From Lama glama (taxonomy: Eukaryota), in NCBI GenBank assembly GCA_028534125.1, contig CM052816.1, forward strand, positions 42,534,001 through 42,598,000: a stretch of DNA of 64,000 nt, written 5' to 3'. The notes beneath the pieces were generated by a model, which searched no databases, was not told the DNA's origin, and was given only the letters and a program-made list of their open reading frames with translations. Position numbers and translations under genes: made by a program. Shown one piece after another: positions 13,947 through 26,287 of the stretch; positions within the stretch are counted from its first letter, which is position 1, and every line of letters begins with the position of its first letter.

Positions 13947-15593
13947 GTATTTTACATTTGTAAAAACTGACTACATGGATTAAATGAACAGGAAAGGGGG
14001 ACTGTCATGAATGTGAGATTATGCTGTTTATAATTAATAATGCTTCTTTATCAAATGACCTTCCATTTAGTTGTTAATCTTAGTATGGTGCTATTGAGCA
14101 GTTCTTTTTCTTGCAGTTTACAGCAGTTATTTTCCGTCTCTTTTTAGCCACATATTAAACTTGATTTCTATATTTGTTAATAAAATGGTGACATTTGAAA
14201 ATGACCCTGTCATCCTCCAGAGACCCCCTCTTAGAAGATGGACTTTGTTGCTCTTTTCAGAGCTGTCGCAGTATTGTGCAGCCTCAACATGACCTATTAC
14301 ATGCCATTCTTGAACTGATTTAACCAGACACACAACTAGCAATAAAAATATTCATTTCCTTCTATGCCAAAGAAACAGGGTCAATACTGCTTTAATTAAT
14401 AATAGCACAGGGGAAATGTCAAATTCTTTACAAAACAAGGAAGGTAAAATTACATATGCATATCCAAAACATCTTCATTCAGAGTGAAAGCAATTTGTCT
14501 TATGCAAGGCTGTTGGTGATTAACTTGGTAGATATTAGAAAAAAATTTTTTTCCAATTTTGAGAACACCATTTTGGTAAACATCAATTGTTTTAAAACAT
14601 TTAACCATTTCAAGCTTTTGGAAGCTTTAAAAATCAAATATCTGGAGACCAAAAGAAGCACAAAGTAATGCTTTACCTCTAAAGAAAAACTAAACACTAC
14701 AAGACTGCTTACTTGAAGTGTAGTGATCTTTAAAACCTAGTGACACAATTAGCTTTTTTAGATAGTCTTCTAAAACTTAATATCATGCATACCAGCATAT
14801 AGAAGATCCTAGCCCATCATTTAGCATTGCTTCTAGTTTTAAACATAGCATAACTATGGCAAAATTCCCCAGGAAAACACAAATTTAGAAAAGGTACTTT
14901 AATGATTAGAGCTGAAGGAGTGTTATCTTTCTGTAATTTGCCCATAATACTGAAAGTCTGTAATCCTTAGATTTAACTGACCATTTTTGCCATAGGAGAG
15001 CAGCTTTGATTATTGAATAGTATAATGCAGTGCCTTTATTGACCTAGACTGAGTGTATTGTGTGTCAAAGTGTATCTGTTAAAATATTTAGGTCAATATG
15101 GTAGCATATAGTGGCCCAAGAGGTAGGTGTAAGCTTTTAACCACCAACACTAGCATACTTGAATTTGCCAAATCAGAAAAAGGCAAGAGTTAATAAAACC
15201 TCATGTTCAGAGTGAGTAAGCCAGGTTCCTAGGTATGCCCCGCTCTCCGCATTTCAAACCGTCAGATGGTAATCCGGAGTCAGAAGCTGGTTAGTGCTGG
15301 GAGGACTGGATCTCAAAATGCTGAGACCTATAGCACAGTTTGAGTTTTCTCAGAGTTAGAATCCTAGAGAAGCAGACCCAGTCTCTGAATCCTTCACTGA
15401 GGGTGCAGTACCTTTCTCAGCCAATTGAGAGTATCACAAACTGAGGACAGATTCAGACCTATATCTGCTGCGTCTGTTGGAATTTATCTGGTGTCTGTGG
15501 CAAAGGAGAAGCCAGGTGACATGCACTTGACCTGACATCTTTTCCTTTAAGACTCAGGCTACTGTAAAAACAAACTTTTACCTAAACCTGAGT

Positions 15594-15596
<3 letters not shown>

Positions 15597-15670
<74 letters not shown>
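15597..15670. repeat. Compound microsatellite (TC)16(AC)21
   Basis: Read directly from the sequence. Confidence 0.97.
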
Positions 15671-15673
<3 letters not shown>

Positions 15674-16570
15674 GCCTACAGAGTCTGCATAATTTGTTTA
15701 GTGTGCTTTGTCCTTTAAAATATTAAACCAAGAAATTGTTAAATACTCACTCTTGTTTTATATTGAACATGTGTGTTTTGCCAGCAGGCAGAGTTAGGAT
15801 TTGAATTATTAGTTTAATTCTACTTTGAATGAAAAAAAAAATTACCCTAATTAAAAAGTCTAACATACCCTCTGGAAATGGTATGTTCAAACAAATGGAA
15901 TACTGAGGGATTTTACACACTTCCACAGTGTAGTCCTGAGTGACTGGTCCTTTATTTATTTATCTATTTATTCTGTCCCTTTAAAAACAAATCTGTATAG
16001 TATTATGAGGGTTAGAGATTAGAGTAGAAATTGGGGTCCACTAATAACTTATTTTAAATTACTTTAAATTGATGGGGAAACTTCCTGCTTAATCCACTGT
16101 CTGCATACGAAAAGAATAGCAGTAAAAATACAGTGATCGAAGCAGTCTGCTACCTGACTTCATTATCTCATCTGCCTTGTTTGAATCCTATGAAAAGTAG
16201 ATGTTGATGTAAAATTTGTATCTCCCATTGTCTGGCTGCATCTGCCACCACAATCTTTGAATTGCTGGGCAGATGCCACAACTGTTGTTGAAAGAATAGA
16301 AGGTTGACCTTGGGTTAAGATGGAATTCCTTTATTGTGCAGACACTGCAGTAGCCAGGGTGCTTTCAATGCCTGGCGTCGGTTCTGCTGGCGCTGGTCAT
16401 AGGGCCTCTATTGTTCGTGTTCAATTGTATTCCTTGCTCACTGTTGCTCATTGAGATGGAAGAATAGAATTTGAGGAAAAGTGTTCCAGATGTTTCTGAT
16501 CCATTTTAGAATTATAGGCAGTTTATAACCATACTGTTTGGTGAACGCTTGAATTTTTTTTTCTTTGTAG

Positions 16571-16637
16571 GAGTTAAAGAGGGTTGCACTGCCTCCACGG
16601 AGCCTTCCTCAACAATTGAACTCCCAGATTATTTGAT
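16571..16637 (+). CDS. ELL2: ELL2 coding exon (exon 9 equivalent)
   Basis: T-rich tract + gtag|GA, AT|gtaagt donor. Encodes GVKEGCTASTEPSSTIELPDYL(I). 67 nt. Confidence 0.95.
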
Positions 16638-19600
16638 GTAAGTTCAGATGTCTGCTGATGGGAGAGAACTGTTTAATTTTAGAAAGTTTGCAAATTCTCT
16701 TCCCATAATTTGCAAATGAGAAAAGAAGTTGCAGAAACAGAGTCCTGGAGCCACCCCTGCAATTGAAAGGCTGCCATTAAGCCTGCTCGTCCCCAGTCCA
16801 CCCTTGTCGGCTTGAGCAGGTTGTGCCTCCCCCTGCTCTGAGCTCTGCTCCGTAGCCTTTAAATATAGAGAAGCTTGTCCTTTGTTCCAGGGCCAAACCA
16901 AGCTTTTGATTATGGAAGATTTCAGGGATCTGACTCTTCAAAGCTGACAGTCTATCAATGCACAAGTCATTCACTTGAGCCCCCCAAAGGGACAGTTTAT
17001 TACTGATAAAGTGCTTAAACCTCTTAGAGGTTTAAGTTAATTAGAGATAGATGGAGTTTTATTTACATAAAGCTTTGCCATCAAATTAATTTTAAGAGGA
17101 GAAGACAGTAAAGTATGATCATTTCATTTCAATACTGTTTATAATGGTTTTCTTGTTATGACAACAAGTTGCTAAATGCTGAGCTGGGGACTTTTTTGTA
17201 ACTGGTTATCACAGAAATTATAACTTGGACACATAATTCTAGCTTTTTGATAGATTCAAAGGCTTCTATATGAAGAAAATAATTAAATTGCAAGAGCCTG
17301 GAAAAATGGAGAGTGAAAGAGCAGACAGATTTGACTGCAGATAGCTTTGAAAATGGACAAACGTGCAAATAGCTTGAATGTAGACTGGAAAATGGAATCT
17401 GGACTGTATGAACATTTACTAATGAACATTTAGTAGCACCTCATGGTGGACAAAGTTAAGCTATGCTGTTTAGTGCTCCATGTCCCATAAAATGTTCATT
17501 TCTAGAGTTGAGAACATTGTACACTTGAAATGTGTTACTTTTGCTTAACAGTAGTGGTGAAAGCTATACTTATTGGAATGATATAGCATGAAACCATAAT
17601 GCTGGTTATCATCTCTTAACTAAAAGGAACCCAAGAAACCATGCTGAGGACTCTCTCATCTGAGGTCATACATGGTTTTGGAGTTCTGTGGGGGAGTGTG
17701 AAAAGCTGCTACTACTGAGTTGGCCCAGGGAGGGACGGTTGGGGGATAGTGCCTGGCTACACTGATGAGGGGGTTCACCTCTCCAAATGCATTTCCTTAA
17801 AACTCTTGTGAAAGTTGGCCCCCTCAAATAACAGCTGCAGTACTGTGCTCTCATTCTCTTGTGACTGATTTTGAATTCCTCTTTTTTGTAATAATGCTGT
17901 ATGCCTGTCACATAGGACAGCATCCTGTAGGGAGACTGAAAAATAATTCTAACCTTTCCCCTGTGGATTCAGAGTGTTGCTGTGTTTTGTCAACTTAAGC
18001 AGTTAATTCTGTATTTAAAAACTTGTTTTTAACTTACTGATCTACGGATGGTTGGATGGTTGCTGCATCTGCCTCAGCTCATTTCTGTATATTTGTCATG
18101 TTCTCTTAAAAATCATGAAAGCACATAACCTATGTGATTGTTTGCTTAATTTATTTAAGCAAAAGCAATTTATTTTAATGAAAAGCTATCATATAAATCT
18201 GCAGATTTTCTTAAAATGGTGAGAAAGCATGAATTTTCAGAAAAATCACCAAAAATACAGAACTTAGACTTGTTTCTTAAGAAAACCAAAAGGACATACT
18301 ATAAATCTTTTATGATCAGCTTCTGAATAACTCATACTTAACCACAGAATTCCTATTTTTTATATAATAAGAATAATTCTGTTACTTGTGGTTATGAATT
18401 ATCCAAAGTGTTTAACATTTTATTCCATTACCACATTGAGAGCCAACTATAGAACTGCTAACAATTTTTGTTAAAAATAGTGAAATACTTTTCATTTCAG
18501 TGCCAGTGTAACTAAATAATTTTCTATAATAGCAACACAACTCTTGGCCAGTTTGGCATTTTCCCCTACGAGGACTATTAAATAAAATACAGAGGGTGTG
18601 GTCTCGGGTGTAATTTTGAGAAAGTGGGATAAATATTTTATATAACAAATTGAACCTGAGTTTCACTGTTGCTTCAGCCATTTTGCTTGCATATGCTTAT
18701 CCCCAGGAACCTCTTTCTCCCTGGGGCCCTCTCGGGTGTGCAGTCAGGTCAGCCTGTCTAGAGAGGACTGCTTCACTGCTGGCTGGTGCTGTTCCTTTTA
18801 TAGCAAGGACACTAGCAGGGCAGCCTTAAATCAGCATAATACCACTGTCTCAGTTACACTTAGGAAATTAAACTCCCACACTGTCTAACTCAGCACAAAT
18901 AAAAATATTAATGAGGACATTAAGGTTGCTCATTTAGGACTTTTCTCACATTTCCAACTAGGCATCTGTGCTATTTATTGCATTTTAATTAAAATTTGTA
19001 GGATTGTCTAAAATCATTTCAGAAAAGACTGAACTCCCAAGGTCTTCCCACCATGAAGAATATATGTGTACCCCCTGGGAGCAACCTGAGGCTCCTTCCA
19101 CCTACCTGAAATTGCTTTGGAATCTCAATTTTTACCTCAAAAAGTCAAGGGAATTTTGCATTCCATGACAGGAGCACAGAGTGCAAAGACTCAGGCCCAT
19201 ATCTACAAACAAATCATATTAACTTTAATATTAAAATGCTGTTTCAATGTACTTAACCACCACTGAATAAACTGACACTCTGGGAAGATGGCCTTCATTC
19301 ACCAGGTCCCTAGAGGTAATCACACCCTAAGGTAAAACATCTGTGGCATTTTTATTAAGAAAGTAAGTTAAATGAATAGTATAAAACTGCCTTTCTGTTA
19401 TACATAATGTGACACTTCACTGTTTGAGAAGAACTAAAGAAATATACCTTTTTTTCCTTTATTTTTCATGGTCTAACTCTCACTTTTTAAAAATAATAAA
19501 AACAATTCCTCTTTTGTATTTTATATGTTTGCCCAGTCAGAAATGGGAGGAAAGGAAGAGAGGGAACAAGTCTGAGGCACCTTGCTGGCAGCAGGTGTGA

Positions 19601-20039
19601 AAGACTGAAAGACAGACTCTCTCTTATAAAGCAGTAGGTCTAGAGAGAGCTCTGACTTCAGCACTTAGTGACTGTGTGACATTCTCCTGGTTTCACATTA
19701 CCCCCCCAGGCCTTCTGTCTCCATGTGACTCGTAACAGATGGGCTGGCTGCTGCCACTAGCATGGTAGTAAATTATTTGGGGTGGAGAAAGGTTTAGGAA
19801 GCTACATCTGTGTGAGTGTTTTCTTCTGGTTGCACTTTAATTCCAGTCCCACCATGTTGTTTTACACTCTCCTTCACCGACATTCTTACGTTCTGTGGGA
19901 TAATTTCACCTGCACCATCTTTGAAGGAGTGGCAAGGCAGCAGGCAGTGGCAGGGTGGCATTCAATATCCGGTTTAAATCTCAGACTCAGGCATCATGTC
20001 TGTTCTGTACTACTCTCCATTTATCTATCTTCGTCTTAG

Positions 20040-20211
20040 AAAATACATTGCTATCGTCTCCTACGAGCAACGCCAGAATTACAAGGATGACTTCAACGCT
20101 GAGTATGATGAGTACAGGGCCTTGCATGCCAGGATGGAGACTGTGGCTAGAAGATTTATCAAACTGGATGCACAACGAAAGCGCCTTTCTCCGGGCTCAA
20201 AAGAGTATCAG
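20040..20211 (+). CDS. ELL2: ELL2 coding exon (exon 10 equivalent; occludin/ELL C-terminal domain)
   Basis: ttag|A acceptor, CAG|gtaaac donor. Encodes KYIAIVSYEQRQNYKDDFNAEYDEYRALHARMETVARRFIKLDAQRKRLSPGSKEYQ. 172 nt. Confidence 0.97.
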
Positions 20212-21101
20212 GTAAACACATTTGTTCCTAGATTGACTGGCTTTCATATTTTACCTTCTTTCTTTCTCTGCCTTGCCCATCCCCAGGCATCCCACTGGTC
20301 TTCAGAGCAAGTCCTCTCACAGACCAGATGCTCTGCAGCTTTTGTCCTTCATTTAAAATTAGCTAGGAAAATCAATATTTGAAATAGTTCTTGAGAATAG
20401 GTAAACACCAGCTTCTGTTTCTTCCAGTGAAGGAAAAAAACATTTTTATATAAACATAATATGTATAAAATGTATAATACATACTTAAATAAATAGCATA
20501 ATGTGCATTGAGAAAAATGCAGACAACTAAATAGTAAGAAAAGGCTGGATTTGGGATTCATCAAGATATTTGACTGCATTATCAACTCAACTTAGACTGT
20601 AGCTCTTGGATCTGGTGCTATTCCCTAATACTATGTCAAGGTTTGGGCTTAAATGAAGAAAAACTTGGTGCTATTCCAGAGACTGACGTTTGTTACCAGG
20701 TATTAATCTGTTTTCACTTCCCTGGTTTAGGTGGTAATGTTATTGCAGCTGACAGAGAGCAGTAGAAGCCTGACCCGTCTACTGATTGTTCTTATGGTTC
20801 TTAGCCAAAGGCTTGATATAAATGGGTGTTTCCCTCCTTGTGTAGGACAGATAACTTTGTCACACTTCACAGCCGTCAGTGGTGCCTCCATCCCGGCCCA
20901 CTGTTCTGATGGGAACCGACGTGAGAGACTGGGTGGGTTTTCCCGCATCGGGGAAAACAGCCTGAGAGCATCTGTGCCCTAGGGATTCATTATGTCTTCT
21001 ATCCGTGGGCCTTACTCTTTTAAAATAGCTGCCTAGAGTTAGAGAAGACTTTGCCAGAGTTGAGTGGCTGGGGGTGCAAGAGGTCAGTAATGGTGGTTCA
21101 G

Positions 21102-21148
21102 GTCTGTCTGTCTGTCTGTCTGTCTGTCTATTTACTTACTTACTTACT
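21102..21148. repeat. (GTCT)7 followed by a short (TTAC)n
   Basis: Read directly. Confidence 0.9.
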
Positions 21149-21194
21149 AGTGCACCAGTGAGTATATTTAACCTGAAATGTAATTCTAAGGATT

Positions 21195-21400
21195 GCTCAG
21201 TGGTTAGGAGCAGGCCCTGAAGCCAGACTGCTTGGATTTGATTCTCAGCTCTACTCCGCTTATGTGACCTTGGGGAAGTTACTTAACTTGCCTCAAGTTC
21301 TCAAAATCCTTATCCATAAAATGAGGTGATTATAGAGTTGTGCAGAAAAAATGTAAGCATTTGGAAACTGTTTAGATCCATGGTACATCAGGTTATATGG
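21195..21400 (+). mobile_element. MIR SINE, near full length
   Basis: CAGTGGTTAGGAGCAGGCCCTGAAGCCAGACTGCTTGGATTTGA...TGTGACCTTGGGGAAGTTACTTAAC. Confidence 0.8.
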
Positions 21401-21419
21401 CACATCAGGTGTGAGCTAT

Positions 21420-22070
21420 TTTCCCCTGCTACCCGATTCTCCTCCCTAGAGACAGTTACTGGCTTCCAGAGTATTCTTTCAGAGGTCTGTGTGTACATAA
21501 GATGTATATACACAAACAAATTTGCAAATATACCCTATTTAATTGAATTTAAGATGTCATCAATTATAAGATGCACCATTGTCTTATATTCCAGTAAGTT
21601 ATGATTCATTATGATTTATCTGATTTCATTGAAATGAGAAGAAATGTGCATCTTAAAAGTAATGAAATTCTTACAATATAATATTCTATTTCTCCCTTAC
21701 AAAAATGATATCAAACTGTATAAATTGTTTTGTACTTTCCTTTTTTTCACTAAACAATATATATCTTAGAGAATTTCTTTATGTAAACCCATAAAGCACT
21801 TCTTTAATGGCCTCTTAGTATTCCTTTGTATGGATTAATGGACATTTAGATTTTGTATACTTTCTTTTGCTTTACAAACAGTGCTGCACCAAGTAACCTT
21901 GTGAATGTGTCATTTCACTCAGGCACCAGTACATCAGAAAGAAAAGCTTAAGTGCTGAGTCAGTTTTATATTTGCTATTTTGATAGCAGTTGCCAAATTG
22001 CCCTCCTTAAAGAAGACTGTATTCATCATCAGTATTTCCCACAGCCTTACCAAGTGTGTTAACTGTTTAT
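21420..22070 (-). mobile_element. Old L1 (L1M-type) fragment, possibly interrupted by a MER104/Kanga-like TcMar-Tc2 MITE at ~21533-21670
   Basis: GTATTCCTTTGTATGGA, GGACATTTAGATT, TACAAACAGTGCTGCA and TTGCCAAATTGCCCTCC are antisense L1M-like. The inner segment has degenerate inverted ends (…TTTAAGATG / CATCTTAAAA…). Confidence 0.45.
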
Positions 22071-22121
22071 ATTACAAAAAAAAAGTTGTTCTTTTCTGAT
22101 ATCTAAATATTAATTTTGTAG

Positions 22122-22166
22122 AATGTTCATGAAGAAGTCTTACAAGAATATCAGAAGATAAAGCAG
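22122..22166 (+). CDS. ELL2: ELL2 coding exon (exon 11 equivalent)
   Basis: gtag|AAT, CAG|gtaggt. Encodes NVHEEVLQEYQKIKQ. 45 nt. Confidence 0.96.
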
Positions 22167-22255
22167 GTAGGTAGCATCACTGCTGGCTTTCTGACCTGTA
22201 GTTGGGAAGTGTTACAAACTCCATGGTCTAATTCCTCACTTCTTTTCATCTGCAG

Positions 22256-22372
22256 TCAAGTCCCAATTACCATGAAGAGAAATACAGATGCGAGTATCTT
22301 CATAACAAGCTGGCTCACATCAAAAGACTAATAGGTGAATTTGACCAACAGCAAGCAGAGTCATGGCACTAG
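22256..22372 (+). CDS. ELL2: ELL2 last coding exon (exon 12 equivalent), to stop codon
   Basis: tgcag|TCA acceptor after an 89-nt intron. Encodes SSPNYHEEKYRCEYLHNKLAHIKRLIGEFDQQQAESWH*, with TAG at 22370-22372. Confidence 0.97.
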   Translation, partial: SSPNYHEEKYRCEYLHNKLAHIKRLIGEFDQQQAESWH

Positions 22373-22410
22373 AGCTCTGCTTGGACCAGAAGATGTGAAT
22401 AAACTTAAGC

Positions 22411-22421
22411 TTATTTATTTA
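22411..22421 (+). promoter_or_regulatory. AU-rich element (TTATTTATTTA)
   Basis: Contains the UUAUUUAUU nonamer ~40 nt after the stop codon. Confidence 0.55.
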
Positions 22422-23811
22422 AAATTCCAAATGAGTTGCTCTCAAATTCTAAAAAAATGAAACTTTGCCTGTTGAAAGTTTCAGTATTAGTAAACTTGAG
22501 TTACCTTTTTTCCCCCCATTTTACTTTGCTTCCTTGCATTTTTGAAGCTGCTTTTTTGGTCCTTTTTTCCCCCTCAAGACTCGTGTTTGTCAATAGAAAT
22601 AATCTTTTTTTAGATATTGGGGATCCAGTGTCTAAACTTCAAATCAATTTTTTTCCTTAAAAAGCTGTGTTTGTCATTAGACATGATTTTTTTTTAAGAT
22701 ATTGGGGATCCAGTGTCCACACTTCAAAGTTATGTGTGTTTAAAAAAAAACAAAACAGTAACGTTCAAGGTGAAATGCTTTTGGATAAACATAGGCCTAT
22801 TTTCTGATCTTTCTTAATGCGAACTCTTTGCCTTAAATGGTAGAATATTTAGAAATTTGCACAAAATACAAAAAAAAATTAAAACATTGTTTTGGAGGGT
22901 TAAGAAATAGAAAGGTGTATGAGTATGTGTATGTGTGTAAGTCTGTATACACACATGTATATACAGGCTGACTTAATCTAGAACAGTAAATCCGCCCTGC
23001 AAGTTAACCCCCCATTGCAATGGTTGCCTTAAGGTGTTTGCTAGCTGTGTACCTAGTGTGGTTAATCATTAGCTACACTGCTTCCCACTTGAGGAGAGCA
23101 GTGGGAAGCACACTGTGGCCTACCAGCGTCTGAAAGCGTGTGCTCGACCTGTATGTGTGCAGAGGTGATGTGGATGTGAGCGTGCATGGAGGAAAAAAAG
23201 CTGCTACTCGCAGTAGGCCAAACGCTCAGGTGAAACAACTGACGAGTGTTACTGTAGGTTTTTTCTTCCTGTCAAATTACTACTTCTATCGTGGAAGACA
23301 AAAGCATTTCCATTTCAACAGTTTGTCAGCTTTATTAATGTTGGGCAAAATTGATGTTATGAAAATGAAACAGATCTATAGTTTTGGGGCAAAATTATAA
23401 AATTAAACGTGTAGGTAACCTATTTATATACTGCTATAAAGTATTTTTTGAAGAGAGATATGCAAAGAAGCTATTACCTACATGAAATGTATATTTAAAG
23501 ATTTTTTTTCATCCTGGGTACCAGGAATATAAAAAAGAGTGGATATATTTAACCATAACATACTGTGATTCATCAAACAGCACAAACTTTCATTTCATGG
23601 AGTTTATCTGTTGACGTTGATTTAAACTATCACTTGTTTTTCATGTGGGAACATAAGTTATGTGGTCAAAAATACAAGGATTTTGAACTAATGTTGATTC
23701 AAGTTGTGTTGTCTTATCGTATTGTTTTTCCAAGTGCTGCCAGTTTAAAAGGGAAGCATTATGTTTACAAATATGTTTTGAAATGTTTGCCAAAATTTTG
23801 GTGGTATCTTT

Positions 23812-23848
23812 AATAAAGATGTTTGTCTCCAGCATCCAAAAAAATAAA
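23812..23848 (+). terminator. Tandem proximal poly(A) signals
   Basis: AATAAA at 23812-23817 and 23843-23848, followed by GU-rich CTTTGTTGTGT. Confidence 0.6.
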
Positions 23849-24319
23849 TAAGTAACTTTGTTGTGTATCATTGTAAACCAGAAAATGTTGGGATCTAGAA
23901 AACCTGAGAGAGCATGTAGAGGAAATTTTCTCTTTGGAGTTCTTCTAAAACTTTAACTGGAAAGAGTAGATCGTAGAGGAAAAGTATACAATACAAAAGC
24001 TGAAACAAGACCCTGTGCACTATCATTATCACAATGACCACAGAAATTTGATTTCTACGTAGTGTGGAACCCCTAGGGAATTCGATTTCTTTTAGCATTG
24101 CAATCCCTGGTGCTCTTCCTTTTACCTCAGAATTGGTACAATCATTATTAAATGTTCATTGATTTCAAACTTTCAGTTGAAATTTTAAAAAAATAGGAAA
24201 GGAAACTTGGGTAAATTTGGTCCTCATATCATTATGGTGGAGTCTCCTGAGAGATTTGTCTGGTGTCATTTCTTGGACATCTTGACTTTTTAATCAAAGA
24301 TGAGTGGTGTCTGTCAAAA

Positions 24320-24442
24320 GCAAGGTGCTTGGACCACTTACATCACCCAAATTAGAATCTCTGGAGATGGAGCCTAGGTATCCACTTTTTCCTCAGTAAC
24401 CTCCAAGTGGCATTTGCAAGCTGAAGTGTGAGAACCATTGGC
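24320..24442. mobile_element. MER5-like hAT fossil within the 3' UTR
   Basis: TTAGAATCTCTGGAGATGGAGCCTAGG ... AAGTGTGAGAACCATTG. Confidence 0.45.
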
Positions 24443-26070
24443 TTGAAAGTAACGCTAAACTTTTAGGTCTCTAAATCTCAAAGTCTTGAACTGAAGTTCA
24501 ACTGTTCTTTTTTTTTTAAACCCATCCCTGTCAGCAGGTGCAAATCACTTTCCTCTCTACATCATTTGAGGCACCCTCTCAATTGTTTCACTGCCAACTT
24601 ATCTCAGAACTTGTTTACAAACACACCTTCCAGTTGGTTAATTGTTAGCCTTTGGAGCTCCTACCCACCTACGTCAGCACATCTTCTGGTTTACAAATTG
24701 GGTAATAATGGAAGCTGGAGATGCTTTATGAAAATCCAGCATTGCACACCCATAGACTTGACCACCTACCTATATAAGCCTTAATTTAGATGTTTGTTGT
24801 GTACATTGGGCAGATCCTTGCAAAATATTTATCTGTCTATCAGTTGCAAATTTGAGAATTGTAAATCTCTGAATCTGCTATTACCCGAGGGTGCATCTCT
24901 TTTGAAGATGGCCATGAGCCTGTTAAAATATTTATAATCATTCTTCATCTCTGACTGCAAGATTTTTAGATTCTCTCAAATAATTGCTGCAGGAATGGGT
25001 GGCCACTTATTATCAGTTACTCTGGTAGAATTTAGTTTTTTGGGTTTTTTTTTTCTTTTTAAGAGAAATAGTAAGTGAAAAACAGCATTGTCAAGATGAG
25101 AGAATGAGATGTGTTGTTTTTCATCACATTTCATCCAAAATAGTTTGAAGCACTCTTGAAGATTTTTACCAACACCCATAGATTAATGAGCCACTGATTT
25201 AATACAAACCAAAAATAACATTAACTTGATGTGGTTTTGTTTTATGTAAGGATTTCATTTCCTATCTCGTTGGTTATTTATTTCCCTTGGAATACTTTCA
25301 ATTCTGAGCAGTGATAGATGTTCAGCACTCGCTCTTACAAAAGAAACTGGTGTGGTCAGTTTATATCATTGCTCCACTTGCTGATTTTTTTAAATCCAGT
25401 ATTAATTTTCCTTCAGCTCTGATTGATCTTTCAACCTTTATAGGAGTTTTCTTTTCCCTTAAAATATTTCACTTTATTATGTAAAACAAATGCATATTTT
25501 CACGTTGGAAGCAAGATGTTGAAACAAGGTTTAGGCACAATGGTCCATCTGTTCCGACACTCCGCCTGGCTCCCTCACCCCTTCCATCAGCGCACTCTTT
25601 GCTTCTGGAGCTTGGCAGGAACTCTTCAGCCAGTTCATTGTCTTTCAGGCAGTATGAGTGTTGAGTCACGTATGTGTGGTTTTTGCCTTTACTACTTTTG
25701 AAGTTCTTACAGTTTATTACTTGCCTAAGTGTTACTAAATCCTTTTCTTGTGTACCAGAGGGGGGAAATTATAGCCAGTGCTTTGAGAGGAACCTTTTGG
25801 GAAAGGATATTAACCGAAAACTACTAATGAAGGCAACAGAAGATGTTAATGTCCTTTGTGACCTAAAAACTGAACAAGGCTGTCAGGCTCATTTCAAAAT
25901 ATTTTGAAGTGTTAAAAAAGTATATATACGTATATATCTGCGCTGTTTCCCAGTTGTTCCACCCAAACCATGTTAGGACTCTCGAAGGCAAAATGTCACA
26001 GGGACTTGTCAGTTGTTAACTGAGCTCAGCAGCTGTGGTAGCCCCTGTTGTTCTACACCAATTTCAGTTC

Positions 26071-26076
26071 AATAAA
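26071..26076 (+). terminator. Distal poly(A) signal
   Basis: AATAAA followed ~25-45 nt later by U/GU-rich CTTGTTTTTCCTTTGTCT. Confidence 0.65.
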
Positions 26077-26287
26077 AATGTTAACTTTGCAATTCTGGTA
26101 CTTGTTTTTCCTTTGTCTCATTTCAAGTCTCTTCACTTTTCTCTTAAAAAAAAAAAACCAAAAAACAAAAAACCTCTAATGCCCTATATAAATATCTTAC
26201 TGGGACAGAGAAATTACTTGTTGGTGACTCTAGGAAGTGGGCACACAGGGCATTTGCTCAAGGACCCTGCCTGTTTATAGAGGAACA

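Larger units (their letters stand above)
22373..26095 (+). other. ELL2: ELL2 3' UTR (long form, end approximate)
   Basis: AT-rich, repeat-poor sequence after the stop with an AU-rich element, miRNA seed matches and AATAAA signals. Distal AATAAA at 26071 is followed by U/GU-rich sequence. The length is similar to the long human ELL2 UTR as I recall it. Confidence 0.7.

Noticed and set aside
16568..16573. NAGNAG tandem acceptor (TAG GAG) at exon 9
   Set aside because: A distal GAG is rarely used and there is no supporting evidence.
17433..17452. CTCF-like CCACCATGAGGTGCTA (minus strand)
   Set aside because: Three mismatches at high-information core positions.
21953..21962. ARE-like TGCTGAGTCA in intron 10
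   Set aside because: Isolated motif inside an old L1 fragment.
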